Assembly: GCA_041697335.1 (NCBI GenBank)
Contig: JBGUGD010000021.1
Location: 1 to 47,378, forward strand
Reading direction: 5' to 3'
Source: Vampirovibrionaceae bacterium NZW_1234
GTDB taxonomy: Bacteria; Cyanobacteriota; Vampirovibrionia; Vampirovibrionales; JAGQHJ01
DNA: 47,378 nucleotides
The notes below the pieces were generated by a model. It worked only from the letters and a program-made list of their open reading frames with translations, was not told the DNA's origin and made no database searches. Of this stretch, positions 20,033-29,705 are shown one piece after another. The stretch's first letter is position 1. Each line of letters begins with the position of its first letter. The translations under genes were made by a program, and so were the position numbers.

Positions 20033-20800
20033 ATGATGATTCAGCAAATTGAAAAAAGTGAAAAAATTGAAAAAGATGTGATTCAACCCAGCTCCTCGTA
20101 TCTGGGCACCATTCCCAAGCTTAAATTCATGCGCAAGATCTATAACCACTTGGATCAGCGCTATCAGGAGCCCCATGCCAATTCCCGGCTGACCCGGGAG
20201 ATTTATAACCTGCTGGATCGCCTGTATATTGAACACCAGTCCAAGCGCGAGATTCGCAAATGGCTTCGTGACGGCAAGCCTATTCCGCCCTATCCCGAAG
20301 TCAAACAAAAGATCATCTCGAACTATGCTCGGGAATTTTCGTTGAACACCCTGGTCGAAACCGGCACATTTCTGGGGGGAACCATCAACGCCTTGAAACA
20401 TGAGTTTCGTCGGATTTATTCCATTGAATTAGGAGATAAGCTCTATCAAGACGCCAAGGAGCGGTTTCGCCGCTACCCGCACATCACCCTGCTTCAGGGT
20501 GATAGTGGCAAGGTGCTGGCTGAAATTCTGCCCCAGATCCATGAGCCTTGCTTATTCTGGTTGGATGCCCACTACTCCAGCGGTATTACGGCCAAGGGTG
20601 ACACCGATACCCCGATTCGCGAAGAGTTGCGGTTGATATTCAATCACCCGATCCAGAATCACGTGATTTTAATCGACGATGCCCGTGATTTTCAGGGCGG
20701 TGAATACCCGTCCATCGAGCAGGTCTACCAGGAGGCCAAGGCCCACGATCCGACGTTAAACGTCTATGTCGAAAACGATATTATCCGGATTCACCATTAA
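20033..20800 (+). CDS. SAM-dependent methyltransferase-like protein, paralog 2
   Basis: Same motifs as 19374-19994, including identical IFNHPIQNHVILIDDARDF. Confidence 0.8.
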   Translation: MMIQQIEKSEKIEKDVIQPSSSYLGTIPKLKFMRKIYNHLDQRYQEPHANSRLTREIYNLLDRLYIEHQSKREIRKWLRDGKPIPPYPEVKQKIISNYAREFSLNTLVETGTFLGGTINALKHEFRRIYSIELGDKLYQDAKERFRRYPHITLLQGDSGKVLAEILPQIHEPCLFWLDAHYSSGITAKGDTDTPIREELRLIFNHPIQNHVILIDDARDFQGGEYPSIEQVYQEAKAHDPTLNVYVENDIIRIHH

Positions 20801-20930
20801 TTCCAACAACCCCTCGTCGTTGAGACAGCTTGGCTGTATTTTTGTCGTCTTTATTAACGGTGCTTAAACATCGCAAGCGTTTGGGGAATTTTTATGTTAC
20901 ATCATAAATAGTAAGGGGATTCTGAAGCGC

Positions 20931-21839
20931 ATGTTGGGCAATGAGGTGTTTTATAGGGCTATGAATATCCGATCTGAATTTCATACCGCAATATCACGGC
21001 CGCGATTTTCTGCAAAATTGGCACTGACGCCCGTGGTCAATCCCTATTCGACGCAGATGAACAAGGATGTGTTTCTGGTTGATCCGGAGCAGCAGGAGTC
21101 TCCGATGGCAAGCCCGGCCCTGGTGTTTCCGGGACCGGAACTGACGAGTCGTCAGAAGCTGGCCACGATGGTGTCTTTTCCGGAGCAAGAAGTCATGGAA
21201 AAAGGCCAACTCCTAGAGCTTGAAACGCCTGACCCGGATAGCCCCGATGAAACAGTGAAGACAAAATTTTTTTTCTCGGGAGAAGAGTTGAGTCTTCAGC
21301 TTCGGCGCGAACGTGCCAAGCTGCTTCAACAGTTATCTGCCGAATCCGATACGGCCTTAGGGTTTCAGGATGCGGGTGACTTTGACAATGCGTTTTTAAT
21401 TTATTGCAAAGCCATCGAGCTGTCGAATGCTAACAAGCCTCCTGCGAACAAAGCGCTTGAGCGAGACAGCATTTTCATTCCCTCCGCGGCATCGGCAAAC
21501 CTGCATTACCAGGCGGCTAAAGTCATGTGGGCGAAACATCCTCACCATTGGCGAACCGTCAGTTCAATAGAATCCGCTGTTCGCAAAGACACTGAAGAGC
21601 CCAAATACAAGGCGTTTCAGAAATTGTTCCAACATCCGTTTACAGAGGAAATGCATCAGGCAGCCCGCCAGGATAAGGATTTTAACGAGGCGGTCCAACA
21701 CTTTGCGCAAAATCGCCCTGAAAAAGCGCTCATTTCAGTGAACAAGGCGCTACAGAATAACTCTCCTGGAAGTCCCCTAATCAAAGCGTTCCAGGACTAT
21801 TTAACCGTCCATGAAATTGTCCCGGACTTTCCGTTTTAA
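20931..21839 (+). CDS. hypothetical protein with TPR-like helices
   Basis: GDFDNAFLIYCKAIEL and PEKALISVNKALQ resemble TPR units; alternative start at 20961. Confidence 0.7.
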   Translation: MLGNEVFYRAMNIRSEFHTAISRPRFSAKLALTPVVNPYSTQMNKDVFLVDPEQQESPMASPALVFPGPELTSRQKLATMVSFPEQEVMEKGQLLELETPDPDSPDETVKTKFFFSGEELSLQLRRERAKLLQQLSAESDTALGFQDAGDFDNAFLIYCKAIELSNANKPPANKALERDSIFIPSAASANLHYQAAKVMWAKHPHHWRTVSSIESAVRKDTEEPKYKAFQKLFQHPFTEEMHQAARQDKDFNEAVQHFAQNRPEKALISVNKALQNNSPGSPLIKAFQDYLTVHEIVPDFPF

Positions 21840-21873
21840 TGTCGCAATTCGACCTTCGCTGATATCGAAGCGT

Positions 21874-22188
21874 TTACTTTTTTGCGGCCAGTTCTGTAAC
21901 CTTTTTTTCTAAATCTGCATATTTCTGTGCCAAAACGGCTATAGCCGTCTCGGTTCCTTGATGCACACTTTTAATGGCTTGTGCTAAAAAAAGATTGGGA
22001 TTGACAGGATGATTATTGACAGTATTTTTACCCGCTAAAACCGGTGAATAATGTCTAACAGCGACTTCCAGATTGTCCACATAAGTGGAAGGGTGACCAT
22101 GCTCTGAACCATCAAATATTCGAATGGGGGTTTCTGCAATGTGCTTAAATGCTGGGCTGGGATGCATCGGGCTAACGGATGTGACCAT
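21874..22188 (-). CDS. hypothetical protein, 104 aa
   Basis: GAGG upstream of ATG; C-terminal coiled-coil-like end. Confidence 0.6.
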   Translation of the reverse strand: MVTSVSPMHPSPAFKHIAETPIRIFDGSEHGHPSTYVDNLEVAVRHYSPVLAGKNTVNNHPVNPNLFLAQAIKSVHQGTETAIAVLAQKYADLEKKVTELAAKK

Positions 22189-22292
22189 TGGGGATGTCCT
22201 CTAAAGTATAGTTATCTAAATCAGGGTGTAATCTATCTATTAAAACCCTCATAATCATTGATTGCCCAATTTTCCATTTTTTACACTTCTTT

Positions 22293-22324
22293 ACCCTTGA
22301 TATTGGTATTTCAATATACCAATA
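22293..22324 (+). promoter_or_regulatory. orphan palindromic operator-like site
   Basis: TATTGGTAT-N6-ATACCAATA perfect inverted repeat; ACCCTTGATATTGGTAT matches the hicA promoter at 15/17. Confidence 0.5.
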
Positions 22325-22391
22325 ACCTCTGCTCAGGAGAGGGGCTTTCGAGATTTGCTCGATTCTTATTCAAAAATTCAACAATAAAAAA

Positions 22392-22439
22392 TAGTGGCGG
22401 AGCATAGAATGGAACTGTAGATACAAAAACTTTAAGGCC
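22392..22439 (-). repeat. degenerate copy of the tRNA-Phe 3' half (att-like scar 3)
   Basis: tagtggcggagcatagaatggaactgtagatacaaaaactttaaggcc matches the intact tRNA at 37/48; the A-rich trailer is also similar. Confidence 0.85.
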
Positions 22440-22473
22440 ATATGCCTCAAAGAAGGCTACTAAGCTGACTGAT

Positions 22474-23088
22474 TTACTTGGGGTCTAATGCTTCCAGGCG
22501 ATAGGTCACCCGGTGACCCACTTTTGACACCACTAGGGCAACCTGCTGAAGCCCCTGGGCAATAAGAGGGGCAATAGCCGATTGAAGCCGTGAGCGGTAT
22601 TGGGAGCGCGCTTTTTTCTGGCTCAAAAGACCAAGGGTATTGACTGCATCATGGACCGGCCTGGCATCTTCATTGGTAAAAACGGCGAAATCCAGTCGAC
22701 CTGGATCAACCGGCGAAGAGGCTGCCTCAGGGTCTCTGAACAAAAGAATATTATTTGTGTCCTTATGCATGGCAAACGAAAATGGGCGGGTATCATCAAC
22801 GGATTGCAATATGGGCTGTAACTCCCGGTTCATCTCAGGAATATCGGACAGGGGGACTTCGATGCTATGGATGTCGTCGGTGTTGAAATGCTCGGCTAAC
22901 CCTGTCTCTATTGCTTCCTGATGACGAGAATAGTGGTTTCTTTCTAACCCTTCGAAAAAATTTTGGACATGTTGCATCTTTTTCTGAGTTTCAGTGATTT
23001 CATGACCTTTTGAAGAGCGAACCTGAGAAATACGGTAACGGGCGCCAAATAGGATAGGGGTATGTGAGTTGGTCTGTGTAATAGGCAT
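22474..23088 (-). CDS. hypothetical protein, 204 aa
   Basis: GAGG RBS; S/T/P-rich leader ending in LFG. Confidence 0.7.
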   Translation of the reverse strand: MPITQTNSHTPILFGARYRISQVRSSKGHEITETQKKMQHVQNFFEGLERNHYSRHQEAIETGLAEHFNTDDIHSIEVPLSDIPEMNRELQPILQSVDDTRPFSFAMHKDTNNILLFRDPEAASSPVDPGRLDFAVFTNEDARPVHDAVNTLGLLSQKKARSQYRSRLQSAIAPLIAQGLQQVALVVSKVGHRVTYRLEALDPK

Positions 23089-23235
23089 GGCTAATATTCC
23101 TCAGGGTATGCTTTTTATGTGCAGATTATTGAAATAAACCGCTCATAATCAAAAATTGCTTATGGCCTCCTCCCAATATAGAAACATCAGAACCGAAAAT
23201 TCGTCATAACTGAAAAATACAGGAGAAAACGATCA

Positions 23236-23766
23236 ATGACGTTGCCGGCAATCGTAACGATTGGTGTTTATGGGTTTACTGAAAAAGGCTTTTTCGATGC
23301 ATTGCAGGCTGCCGGGGTTGATTTGCTGTGCGACCTGCGCCGACGTCGTGCCGTGCGTGGTACTCATTATGCGTTTGCCAACAGTGCACGCTTGCAGGCA
23401 CAACTGGCGGAGCGGGGCATCCTTTATCGGCATATTCTGGCGTTGGCTCCGGACATTGCCCTGGTCAAGCAGTTGCATGCCGATTTCAATCATCTTCCCA
23501 AACGTCAGCGCGATCGGCTGAACACGCGCTATATTGATGCCTACACCGAGAGATATCTGAGCCATTTCGACGCCCGGGATTTCATCGAGAGCCTGGGGCC
23601 TGCAACGACCGTTGCTCTTTTTTGCGTTGAAACAACGCCTCAGGCCTGTCATCGCGGGCTTATCTCCGACCGGCTGGAGGCTGATCTGGGCATCCACATC
23701 CGCCACCTGCTCCCACCGTTAAGCCCCGGACAAACCACCATAATGAGTTCTTGCGGAGCAACTTGA
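23236..23766 (+). CDS. DUF488 family protein
   Basis: TIGVYG, DLRRR, ALFCVE..PQACHR; AGGAG RBS. Confidence 0.85.
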   Translation: MTLPAIVTIGVYGFTEKGFFDALQAAGVDLLCDLRRRRAVRGTHYAFANSARLQAQLAERGILYRHILALAPDIALVKQLHADFNHLPKRQRDRLNTRYIDAYTERYLSHFDARDFIESLGPATTVALFCVETTPQACHRGLISDRLEADLGIHIRHLLPPLSPGQTTIMSSCGAT

Positions 23767-23797
23767 GTTATAAAAACCTGACTGTAAGCAGATTTTA

Positions 23798-23859
23798 GCG
23801 GACAACAAAATATACCCCTAAGGTATGAACTGGGGACACAAGGATTTTTAGTTCCCCTG
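23798..23859 (-). repeat. degenerate copy of the tRNA-Phe 3' half (att-like scar 2) with a 14-bp insertion
   Basis: tgaactggggacacaaggatttttag matches the tRNA at 24/26; gcggacaacaaaat resembles gcggatcacagaat. Confidence 0.8.
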
Positions 23860-23907
23860 TCAACGTCGCTTTGGGCTGATACATGAATGGAGATTAGGGC
23901 TTGAGTT

Positions 23908-26553
23908 TTAACTTTGCTGTATAAACGGTCTTAGGTAGGCCGCTGTCCGACTCTCCGCGATGTTGGCAATTTCGTCCGGTGTGCCTGTAGCAATAATGTT
24001 GCCGCCTTCTTCTCCTGCCCCCGGCCCCAAGTCGATGACCCAGTCAACCGCTGCAATGAATCGCATGTCATGTTCGACAACGACAACAGTGTTACCGGCA
24101 TCGACAAGCCCCTGCAGGTGGTGCATCAATCGGTCAACGTCTGCCGGGTGAAGCCCGACGGTTGGTTCATCCAGGATGTAGAGGGTGCTCCCATGTTGCG
24201 CACGCTGTAGTTCGGTTGCCAACTTGATGCGCTGTGCTTCACCACCAGAAAGCTCTGTTGCCGGCTGTCCAAGTCGCAGATAGCCGAGTCCGATCTCGCG
24301 CAACACGTTGAGCGGTCGCAATACTTTCGGTTCATTCGAGAATAAATGGCAGGCTTCGTCAACGGTCATCGCCAGCACTTGGGCGATATTACACCCTTGC
24401 CATTCAATTTCCAGGGTTTCCGGATTGTATCGGCTACCGTGGCAAGTCGAGCATGGTGCATAGACACTGGGAAGAAACAACAACTCCACCATCACGAAGC
24501 CTTCACCCTCACAGGTCTCACAACGCCCTCCGGCAACATTAAACGAGAACCGACCCGCATTATAACGGCGTTTTTTCGCCATGGGCGTTTCCGCAAAGAG
24601 TTGGCGTACCTGGTCGAACAGACCGCTGTATGTGGCCAAATTCGAGCGCGGCGTGCGTCCAATAGGCTTTTGATCAACCTGGACAAGGCGGCGGATATGC
24701 TTCATACCGTCAACAATACGCCCTTCAGTGGCAGCGGGTGTCATTTCAAGCAGCGGATCTGACTCCTCTTCTTCCGGCATAGCAAGCGGTCGACCAAGAT
24801 GCTCACTCACGAGTTCAGGAAGCGCCTGGCTGAGCAGGCTGGATTTACCCGAGCCCGAGATTCCGGTAACGGCGCTGAAGCATGCGATAGGGAACGCGAC
24901 GTCCAGCCCGTGCAAGTTATTTCGCGTCACGCCTTCCAGTCGCAACCAGCCCTTCGGCGTACGCCGCTTACGCTCAACCACGGGGGGACTGTCAAACAGA
25001 TAGCGACGTGTCACTGAATCCTGGATGTTTGCAAGCCCCTCGGGTGGCCCGTTGTAGATGACGTAGCCACCATGCTCACCGGCACCCGGGCCCACGTCCA
25101 CCAGCCACTCGGCTTGGCGTATTAAATCAAGATTATGCTCGACGACAAAGAGTGAGTTGCCTGCAGACTTGAGTCGCTGGAGGATCTTGAACAACGCTTC
25201 GCCATCTGCCGGATGCAGTCCAGCGGAGGGTTCATCCAGGACATAAACGACACCAAATAATTGTGAAGACAATTGCGTTGCAAGCCTGAGGCGTTGAAGC
25301 TCACCGGAGGACAGTGTTGGCGTGCTGCGGTCCAGTGACAGATAACCCAATCCCAGATCGATGAGTGGTCCGAGTCGCTCGAGTAATTCAGACGCCAGAC
25401 GTTGGGCGGCAACCCGTTTTTCTTCGGAGAAGTTCGGTGTACGGCGCACATCCGGTGCACCCTTGTGTTCTGATCCGCCTGCATCCATACGACTCCGGAC
25501 TGCAGCGGCCCGTGACGTTGCGCTAGGGATGGTGTCTTTCGAATGCGCTTGGGCATCCGAAAATTCACCTTGAGCCACGTCAGTTAGAAGCGCTGCCAGT
25601 TTCAGGATCGATAAACGTCCAAATTCGGCAATATCAAGCCCTTCAAATTTCACCGACAGGGCTTCTTGTTTTAACCGTTTGCCGTGGCAGGTCAGGCAGT
25701 CCTGACCTACAATAAACTTCGAGATGCGCTTTTTCATCGTGGCACTCTTGGTATTGGCAAACGTGTGCAGGACATACTGACGGGCGCCGGTATACGTGCC
25801 TTGATAGTTCGGTTGTACGTTATTCTGGATGGCAATGCGCGTTTCCTCCGGGGTTCGTCCCCGATATACGCCTACCGTTGGCTGCTCTTGCGTGAATAAA
25901 ATCCAGTCCCGATCCTTTTGGGGCAGATCGCGCCAGGGCGTATCGACGTCATAGCCCAGGGACACCAAAATATCCCTAAGATTATGCCCGTACCACGCTG
26001 CCGGCCAGGCTGCAATGGCACGCTCACGGATCGTGAGTGTATCATCCGGTACCATCGATTTCTCGGTCGCGTCATAGATGCGCCCGAGTCCATGGCAGTC
26101 GGGGCAGGCCCCCTGGATGGTATTTGGAGAGAAATCTTCCGCATAGAGCATCGGCTGATTTTTGGGATACTCGCCAGCACGGGAATAGAGCATACGCACC
26201 AGGTTCGACAATGTCGTTACGCTGCCGACCGACGAGCGGGTGTTCGGCGTGCTGCGTTGCTGCTGCAAGGCCACTGCTGGGGGCAAGCCTTCAATGGCGT
26301 CCACTTCCGGAACGCCAGCCTGGTCGATCAATCGGCGTGCATACGGCGCAACCGATTCAAAGTAACGACGCTGCGCTTCAGCATAGAGGGTCTCAAAAGC
26401 AAGTGACGACTTTCCGGAGCCGGATATGCCGGTAAACACAACAAATGCGTCGCGTGGAATATCGAGGTCCACATTTTTCAGGTTGTTTTCTCGCGCACCG
26501 CGCACCCGTACACAATCTGGACGCTCCGTGTGGTTGTCATCAGTAATGTTCAA
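23908..26553 (-). CDS. UvrA-like ABC ATPase (class II / DrrC-like)
   Basis: Two GISGSGKSS Walker A motifs, two LS(S/G)GE signatures, CxxC pairs; short N-terminal module suggests no UvrB-binding domain; TTG start with GGAG. Confidence 0.9.
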   Translation of the reverse strand: MNITDDNHTERPDCVRVRGARENNLKNVDLDIPRDAFVVFTGISGSGKSSLAFETLYAEAQRRYFESVAPYARRLIDQAGVPEVDAIEGLPPAVALQQQRSTPNTRSSVGSVTTLSNLVRMLYSRAGEYPKNQPMLYAEDFSPNTIQGACPDCHGLGRIYDATEKSMVPDDTLTIRERAIAAWPAAWYGHNLRDILVSLGYDVDTPWRDLPQKDRDWILFTQEQPTVGVYRGRTPEETRIAIQNNVQPNYQGTYTGARQYVLHTFANTKSATMKKRISKFIVGQDCLTCHGKRLKQEALSVKFEGLDIAEFGRLSILKLAALLTDVAQGEFSDAQAHSKDTIPSATSRAAAVRSRMDAGGSEHKGAPDVRRTPNFSEEKRVAAQRLASELLERLGPLIDLGLGYLSLDRSTPTLSSGELQRLRLATQLSSQLFGVVYVLDEPSAGLHPADGEALFKILQRLKSAGNSLFVVEHNLDLIRQAEWLVDVGPGAGEHGGYVIYNGPPEGLANIQDSVTRRYLFDSPPVVERKRRTPKGWLRLEGVTRNNLHGLDVAFPIACFSAVTGISGSGKSSLLSQALPELVSEHLGRPLAMPEEEESDPLLEMTPAATEGRIVDGMKHIRRLVQVDQKPIGRTPRSNLATYSGLFDQVRQLFAETPMAKKRRYNAGRFSFNVAGGRCETCEGEGFVMVELLFLPSVYAPCSTCHGSRYNPETLEIEWQGCNIAQVLAMTVDEACHLFSNEPKVLRPLNVLREIGLGYLRLGQPATELSGGEAQRIKLATELQRAQHGSTLYILDEPTVGLHPADVDRLMHHLQGLVDAGNTVVVVEHDMRFIAAVDWVIDLGPGAGEEGGNIIATGTPDEIANIAESRTAAYLRPFIQQS

Positions 26554-26686
26554 CAGCGTTACTCTCCTGCTCTACTTCAGGATATTGTATCGCTACAAAA
26601 TGCTGAGTCGATAGTCATTCAAACGTTTAATTGCGTCTCGTCATGGGATGCAGGTCAGTTGCGCTGAAGGAAAAAAGAATCAAGAC

Positions 26687-26716
26687 AAAAGGACGACTCA
26701 ACAAGTAGTCTTTTTT
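26687..26716 (-). terminator. hairpin immediately 3' of the pseudo-tRNA
   Basis: aaaaggacgact-caaca-agtagtcttttt with A/T tails on both sides. Confidence 0.45.
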
Positions 26717-26717
26717 C

Positions 26718-26789
26718 AATGCTTGAAGAGAGTCGAACCCTTGGCCTCCCGTTCCCGTGACGAGCGCTCTGCCACTAAGCCGCAAACGG
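26718..26789 (-). pseudogene. degenerate tRNA (nominal anticodon CGG)
   Basis: D arm GCTT/GAGC, anticodon stem CTCGT/ACGGG, T arm AAGGG-TTCGACT-CTCTT; acceptor only 5/7 paired, no U8/U33, no CCA. Confidence 0.75.
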
Positions 26790-26796
26790 ATAAGAG

Positions 26797-26851
26797 TAGT
26801 TGCGGATCACAGAATTGAACTGTAGACACAAGGATTTTCAGGTCTTCTGCT
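26797..26851 (-). repeat. copy of the tRNA-Phe 3' half (att-like scar 1)
   Basis: tagttgcggatcacagaattgaactgtagacacaaggattttcaggtcttctgct; about 4 substitutions and 1 indel vs 28022-28075. Confidence 0.95.
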
Positions 26852-27079
26852 AACAATGATATAGACGTATGGACATTTTGATCTTTGATTCATCGTTCTG
26901 AAGAGAAGAAAACAGCAAGCTTTGATACACAAAAAGATACTAGCAACAGTTGCTCAGAGGATGTTTCATTCTGCCATCCGAAACATGTAGATAAGGACAG
27001 CACATTTATTGCTCTAGAGTTGAAGAAAAGCAAATCGGGGCTTATTTAGCAGATTGTTCTTTATTGGGGAATTTGATGG

Positions 27080-27910
27080 TTAGAGATTAATTTCTGTTTG
27101 GCTATTGCCATCGTTGAGTATCACTTGGGTAATTCCAAAAATTTTATAGCCTTCAGGTTGGGCTTTTATGATTGCGTGTAACTGTTGCTTAAAAGCAGAT
27201 GTACATTGAATAAATAAAATTTCTTGAGTTTCTCCTTTGAAAAAGGCATCGGATATTAAACCTGTTTGTTTGAGAGTGATGAATCCCGACAGAAGAGCTT
27301 GTTTCCCTGATGATAGGGCTTGCTCTTGGGAGAACAAATTCATATTTGAAGGCATTGGAGGTTCCGATAGCGTAGAGGGAATTGGGTTTGTTTCATTCAA
27401 TTCAGTATATTTTGACCAAATTTCTTTAAAGGAAGCTAAATGCTCTGGTTTAAATTTAAACTCAATTCCATTTATTCTCCCTTCAATCTGTTTTGCATTG
27501 GCCAGCTGAGCAAAAACAGTTGGTGTAAGAGTAAGAAATATCCATTCTCTAACGTGGCCACCATAGATAACGTCTCCAGATCGCATTATAGGAAATGTGG
27601 ATGGTTCTTGGTCAATAAGTAAATCTAGTTCTTTAGCTTCTAAAAAGACCCATCCTTCAGAAGAACTCTGAAAGGTAATAATTAAGTGATTGTCTACTTT
27701 GCTATCTTTAAAATAAAAGGAGGCGTCTGCATAAAGCCCATGGAGAGGGCTAAAAAAGGAGCAATTAGTGCACGAAATTCTGTGGTTATCTGTAGAATAC
27801 TGAGACAGAGCTTTAAATTTATCATAGGTTAGAGAGAGTTTTGCAAATCCTAACGAAGGGAAAAACAATAAAAATAGACAAACTAGAACTATGAAATTCA
27901 GTTTGGACAT
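27080..27910 (-). CDS. AT-rich putative exported hypothetical protein
   Basis: Signal-like MSKLNFIVLVCLFLLFFPSLGFA; much lower GC than the core genes. Confidence 0.75.
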   Translation of the reverse strand: MSKLNFIVLVCLFLLFFPSLGFAKLSLTYDKFKALSQYSTDNHRISCTNCSFFSPLHGLYADASFYFKDSKVDNHLIITFQSSSEGWVFLEAKELDLLIDQEPSTFPIMRSGDVIYGGHVREWIFLTLTPTVFAQLANAKQIEGRINGIEFKFKPEHLASFKEIWSKYTELNETNPIPSTLSEPPMPSNMNLFSQEQALSSGKQALLSGFITLKQTGLISDAFFKGETQEILFIQCTSAFKQQLHAIIKAQPEGYKIFGITQVILNDGNSQTEINL

Positions 27911-28021
27911 TAATTTATATTTATAACAATTATTATACATATTTAGAATTTATCACAGCGGAGACGGCATGCTCATGCAAATTTGAACTGGCATTCCATA
28001 GCCTGCATTCAGACAAAAAAA

Positions 28022-28097
<76 letters not shown>

Positions 28098-28120
28098 ACG
28101 CATGATTTGATTGTGAGAGC

Positions 28121-28149
28121 ATTGTAAACAAAAGCCCCTCAAATATCAA
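28121..28149 (-). promoter_or_regulatory. sigma70 promoter of tRNA-Phe
   Basis: TTGATA-17-TACAAT. Confidence 0.75.
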
Positions 28150-28310
28150 ACCTTTTTTCACTCAGGTGTTCAAGGCGCTTGCGAGGGCGGTCTGGGGGCG
28201 GGTCGGCCCGCCGGGTCTCCGAGCGCGCAATGCGCGCGCTCGGAGGTGCTAGAATGGGACGATAGGGCCCGGGTGGGCCATGACCGGTGCGGTGATGAAA
28301 GGGAACTGCA

Positions 28311-29699
28311 ATGACGGTGTCGACCGACCGAATGACGCAGGTGGAGCAGGCCTTTGCTCGGGCGTATGGGGCGCATACAGAAGGGCGCTTTGTGGAGGCC
28401 CGGGAGGGGTATTTGCAGACCCTGACCCTGGCGCCGGGACATGTGGGCGCTCTGGAGAATCTGAGCGCGCTGCTGTTGATTCAGGGCGAAGGGGCCTTGG
28501 CCTTGGCGCTGTGTCAGCGGGCTGTCCAGCTTTCCGGCGGAACACCGGTAGGCTACAACACCCTGGGGGCGATATTGCGACGACTGTATCGGTATGACGA
28601 GGCGATGGCCGCCTATGAGAAGGCTCTGGCCCTGAAGCCTGATTTTGCCAGTGCCTGGGAGAACCTGGGCAAGGTGTACCGGGTGGCCGGGCCGGTGGAT
28701 AAGGCCTTGGCCTGCTTCGATAAAGCCCTGGCGCTGAATCCGGAAAATCAGGCGGTCCTGTGGGATCGCGCACTCACCCTGTTACAGGCAGGCAATCTGG
28801 AAGACGGCTTTGCGGGCTACGAGACACGCCTGCTCAGGCCGGAGTTTCAGGGGCCCTTTCAGGCCCTGTCCAAACCCCGTTGGGCCGGGGAGTCCCTGGT
28901 TGGAAAGACGGTGCTGCTGATTGCCGAACAGGGGCTGGGGGACACGTTGCAGTTTATTCGCTATGCCTCTGCGGTCAAGGCCCTGGGCGCTGAGCATGTG
29001 GTGGTGGTCGCCCAGCCCCCGTTGTTGTCCTTGCTTGCTCGGGTCGCCGGTGTTGATAGGGCGGTTGCCTTTGGAGACCCGGTGGGCGCATACGATTGCT
29101 ACATTCCGCTTTTGAGCCTGCCCTTTCACCTGAAAACCACCTTGGAAACCATCCCCTCGGCCACAGAGCCCTACCTGACGCCCCCCGCCGATTGGTCCGT
29201 GACGCTGCCGGACTCTCCGCAGGCGTTCAAGGTTGGCGTGGTCTGGGCCGGTAGCGCGGCCAACCCCACGGATGACAGCCGCTCCATTCCTTTTGAAAAA
29301 ATACTGACGCTCCTCAGCGTCCCCGGTATCGCCCTGTACAGCCTTCAAGTCGGCGACCACGAGTCGGATTTGACGACGCATGCCGCCGCCCCCCTGTTCC
29401 AGAATCTGGCACCCCGGCTCCGAAACTTTGATGACACCGCCTCGGCAGTGATGCAGCTCGATCTGGTGATTACCGTCGATACGTCCGTGGCCCACCTGGC
29501 CGGAGGCCTGGGACGCCCGACCTGGGTGCTGTTGTCCCATGCCACCGATTGGCGCTGGTTACAGGCGAGAACCGACAGCCCGTGGTATCCGACTGTCCGG
29601 TTGTTTCGCCAGCCTGCCCCGGGCGATTGGGACAACGTCTTGCAGGATGTTTTGCGCACCTTGCAAGAGAAAGTCGAAGCAGCGGCGAATAAACGGTAA
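28311..29699 (+). CDS. TPR-repeat protein with C-terminal GT9-like glycosyltransferase domain
   Basis: Several TPRs; EQGLGDTLQF.RY, VGVVWAG, DLVITVDTSVAHLAG, DWRW..R.DSPWYP. Confidence 0.9.
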   Translation: MTVSTDRMTQVEQAFARAYGAHTEGRFVEAREGYLQTLTLAPGHVGALENLSALLLIQGEGALALALCQRAVQLSGGTPVGYNTLGAILRRLYRYDEAMAAYEKALALKPDFASAWENLGKVYRVAGPVDKALACFDKALALNPENQAVLWDRALTLLQAGNLEDGFAGYETRLLRPEFQGPFQALSKPRWAGESLVGKTVLLIAEQGLGDTLQFIRYASAVKALGAEHVVVVAQPPLLSLLARVAGVDRAVAFGDPVGAYDCYIPLLSLPFHLKTTLETIPSATEPYLTPPADWSVTLPDSPQAFKVGVVWAGSAANPTDDSRSIPFEKILTLLSVPGIALYSLQVGDHESDLTTHAAAPLFQNLAPRLRNFDDTASAVMQLDLVITVDTSVAHLAGGLGRPTWVLLSHATDWRWLQARTDSPWYPTVRLFRQPAPGDWDNVLQDVLRTLQEKVEAAANKR

Positions 29700-29705
29700 T
29701 AAGGC

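Noticed and set aside
23811..23827. CsoR/RcnR-like operator (TATACCCCTAAGGTATG)
   Set aside because: It lies between convergent 3' ends with no gene to regulate.
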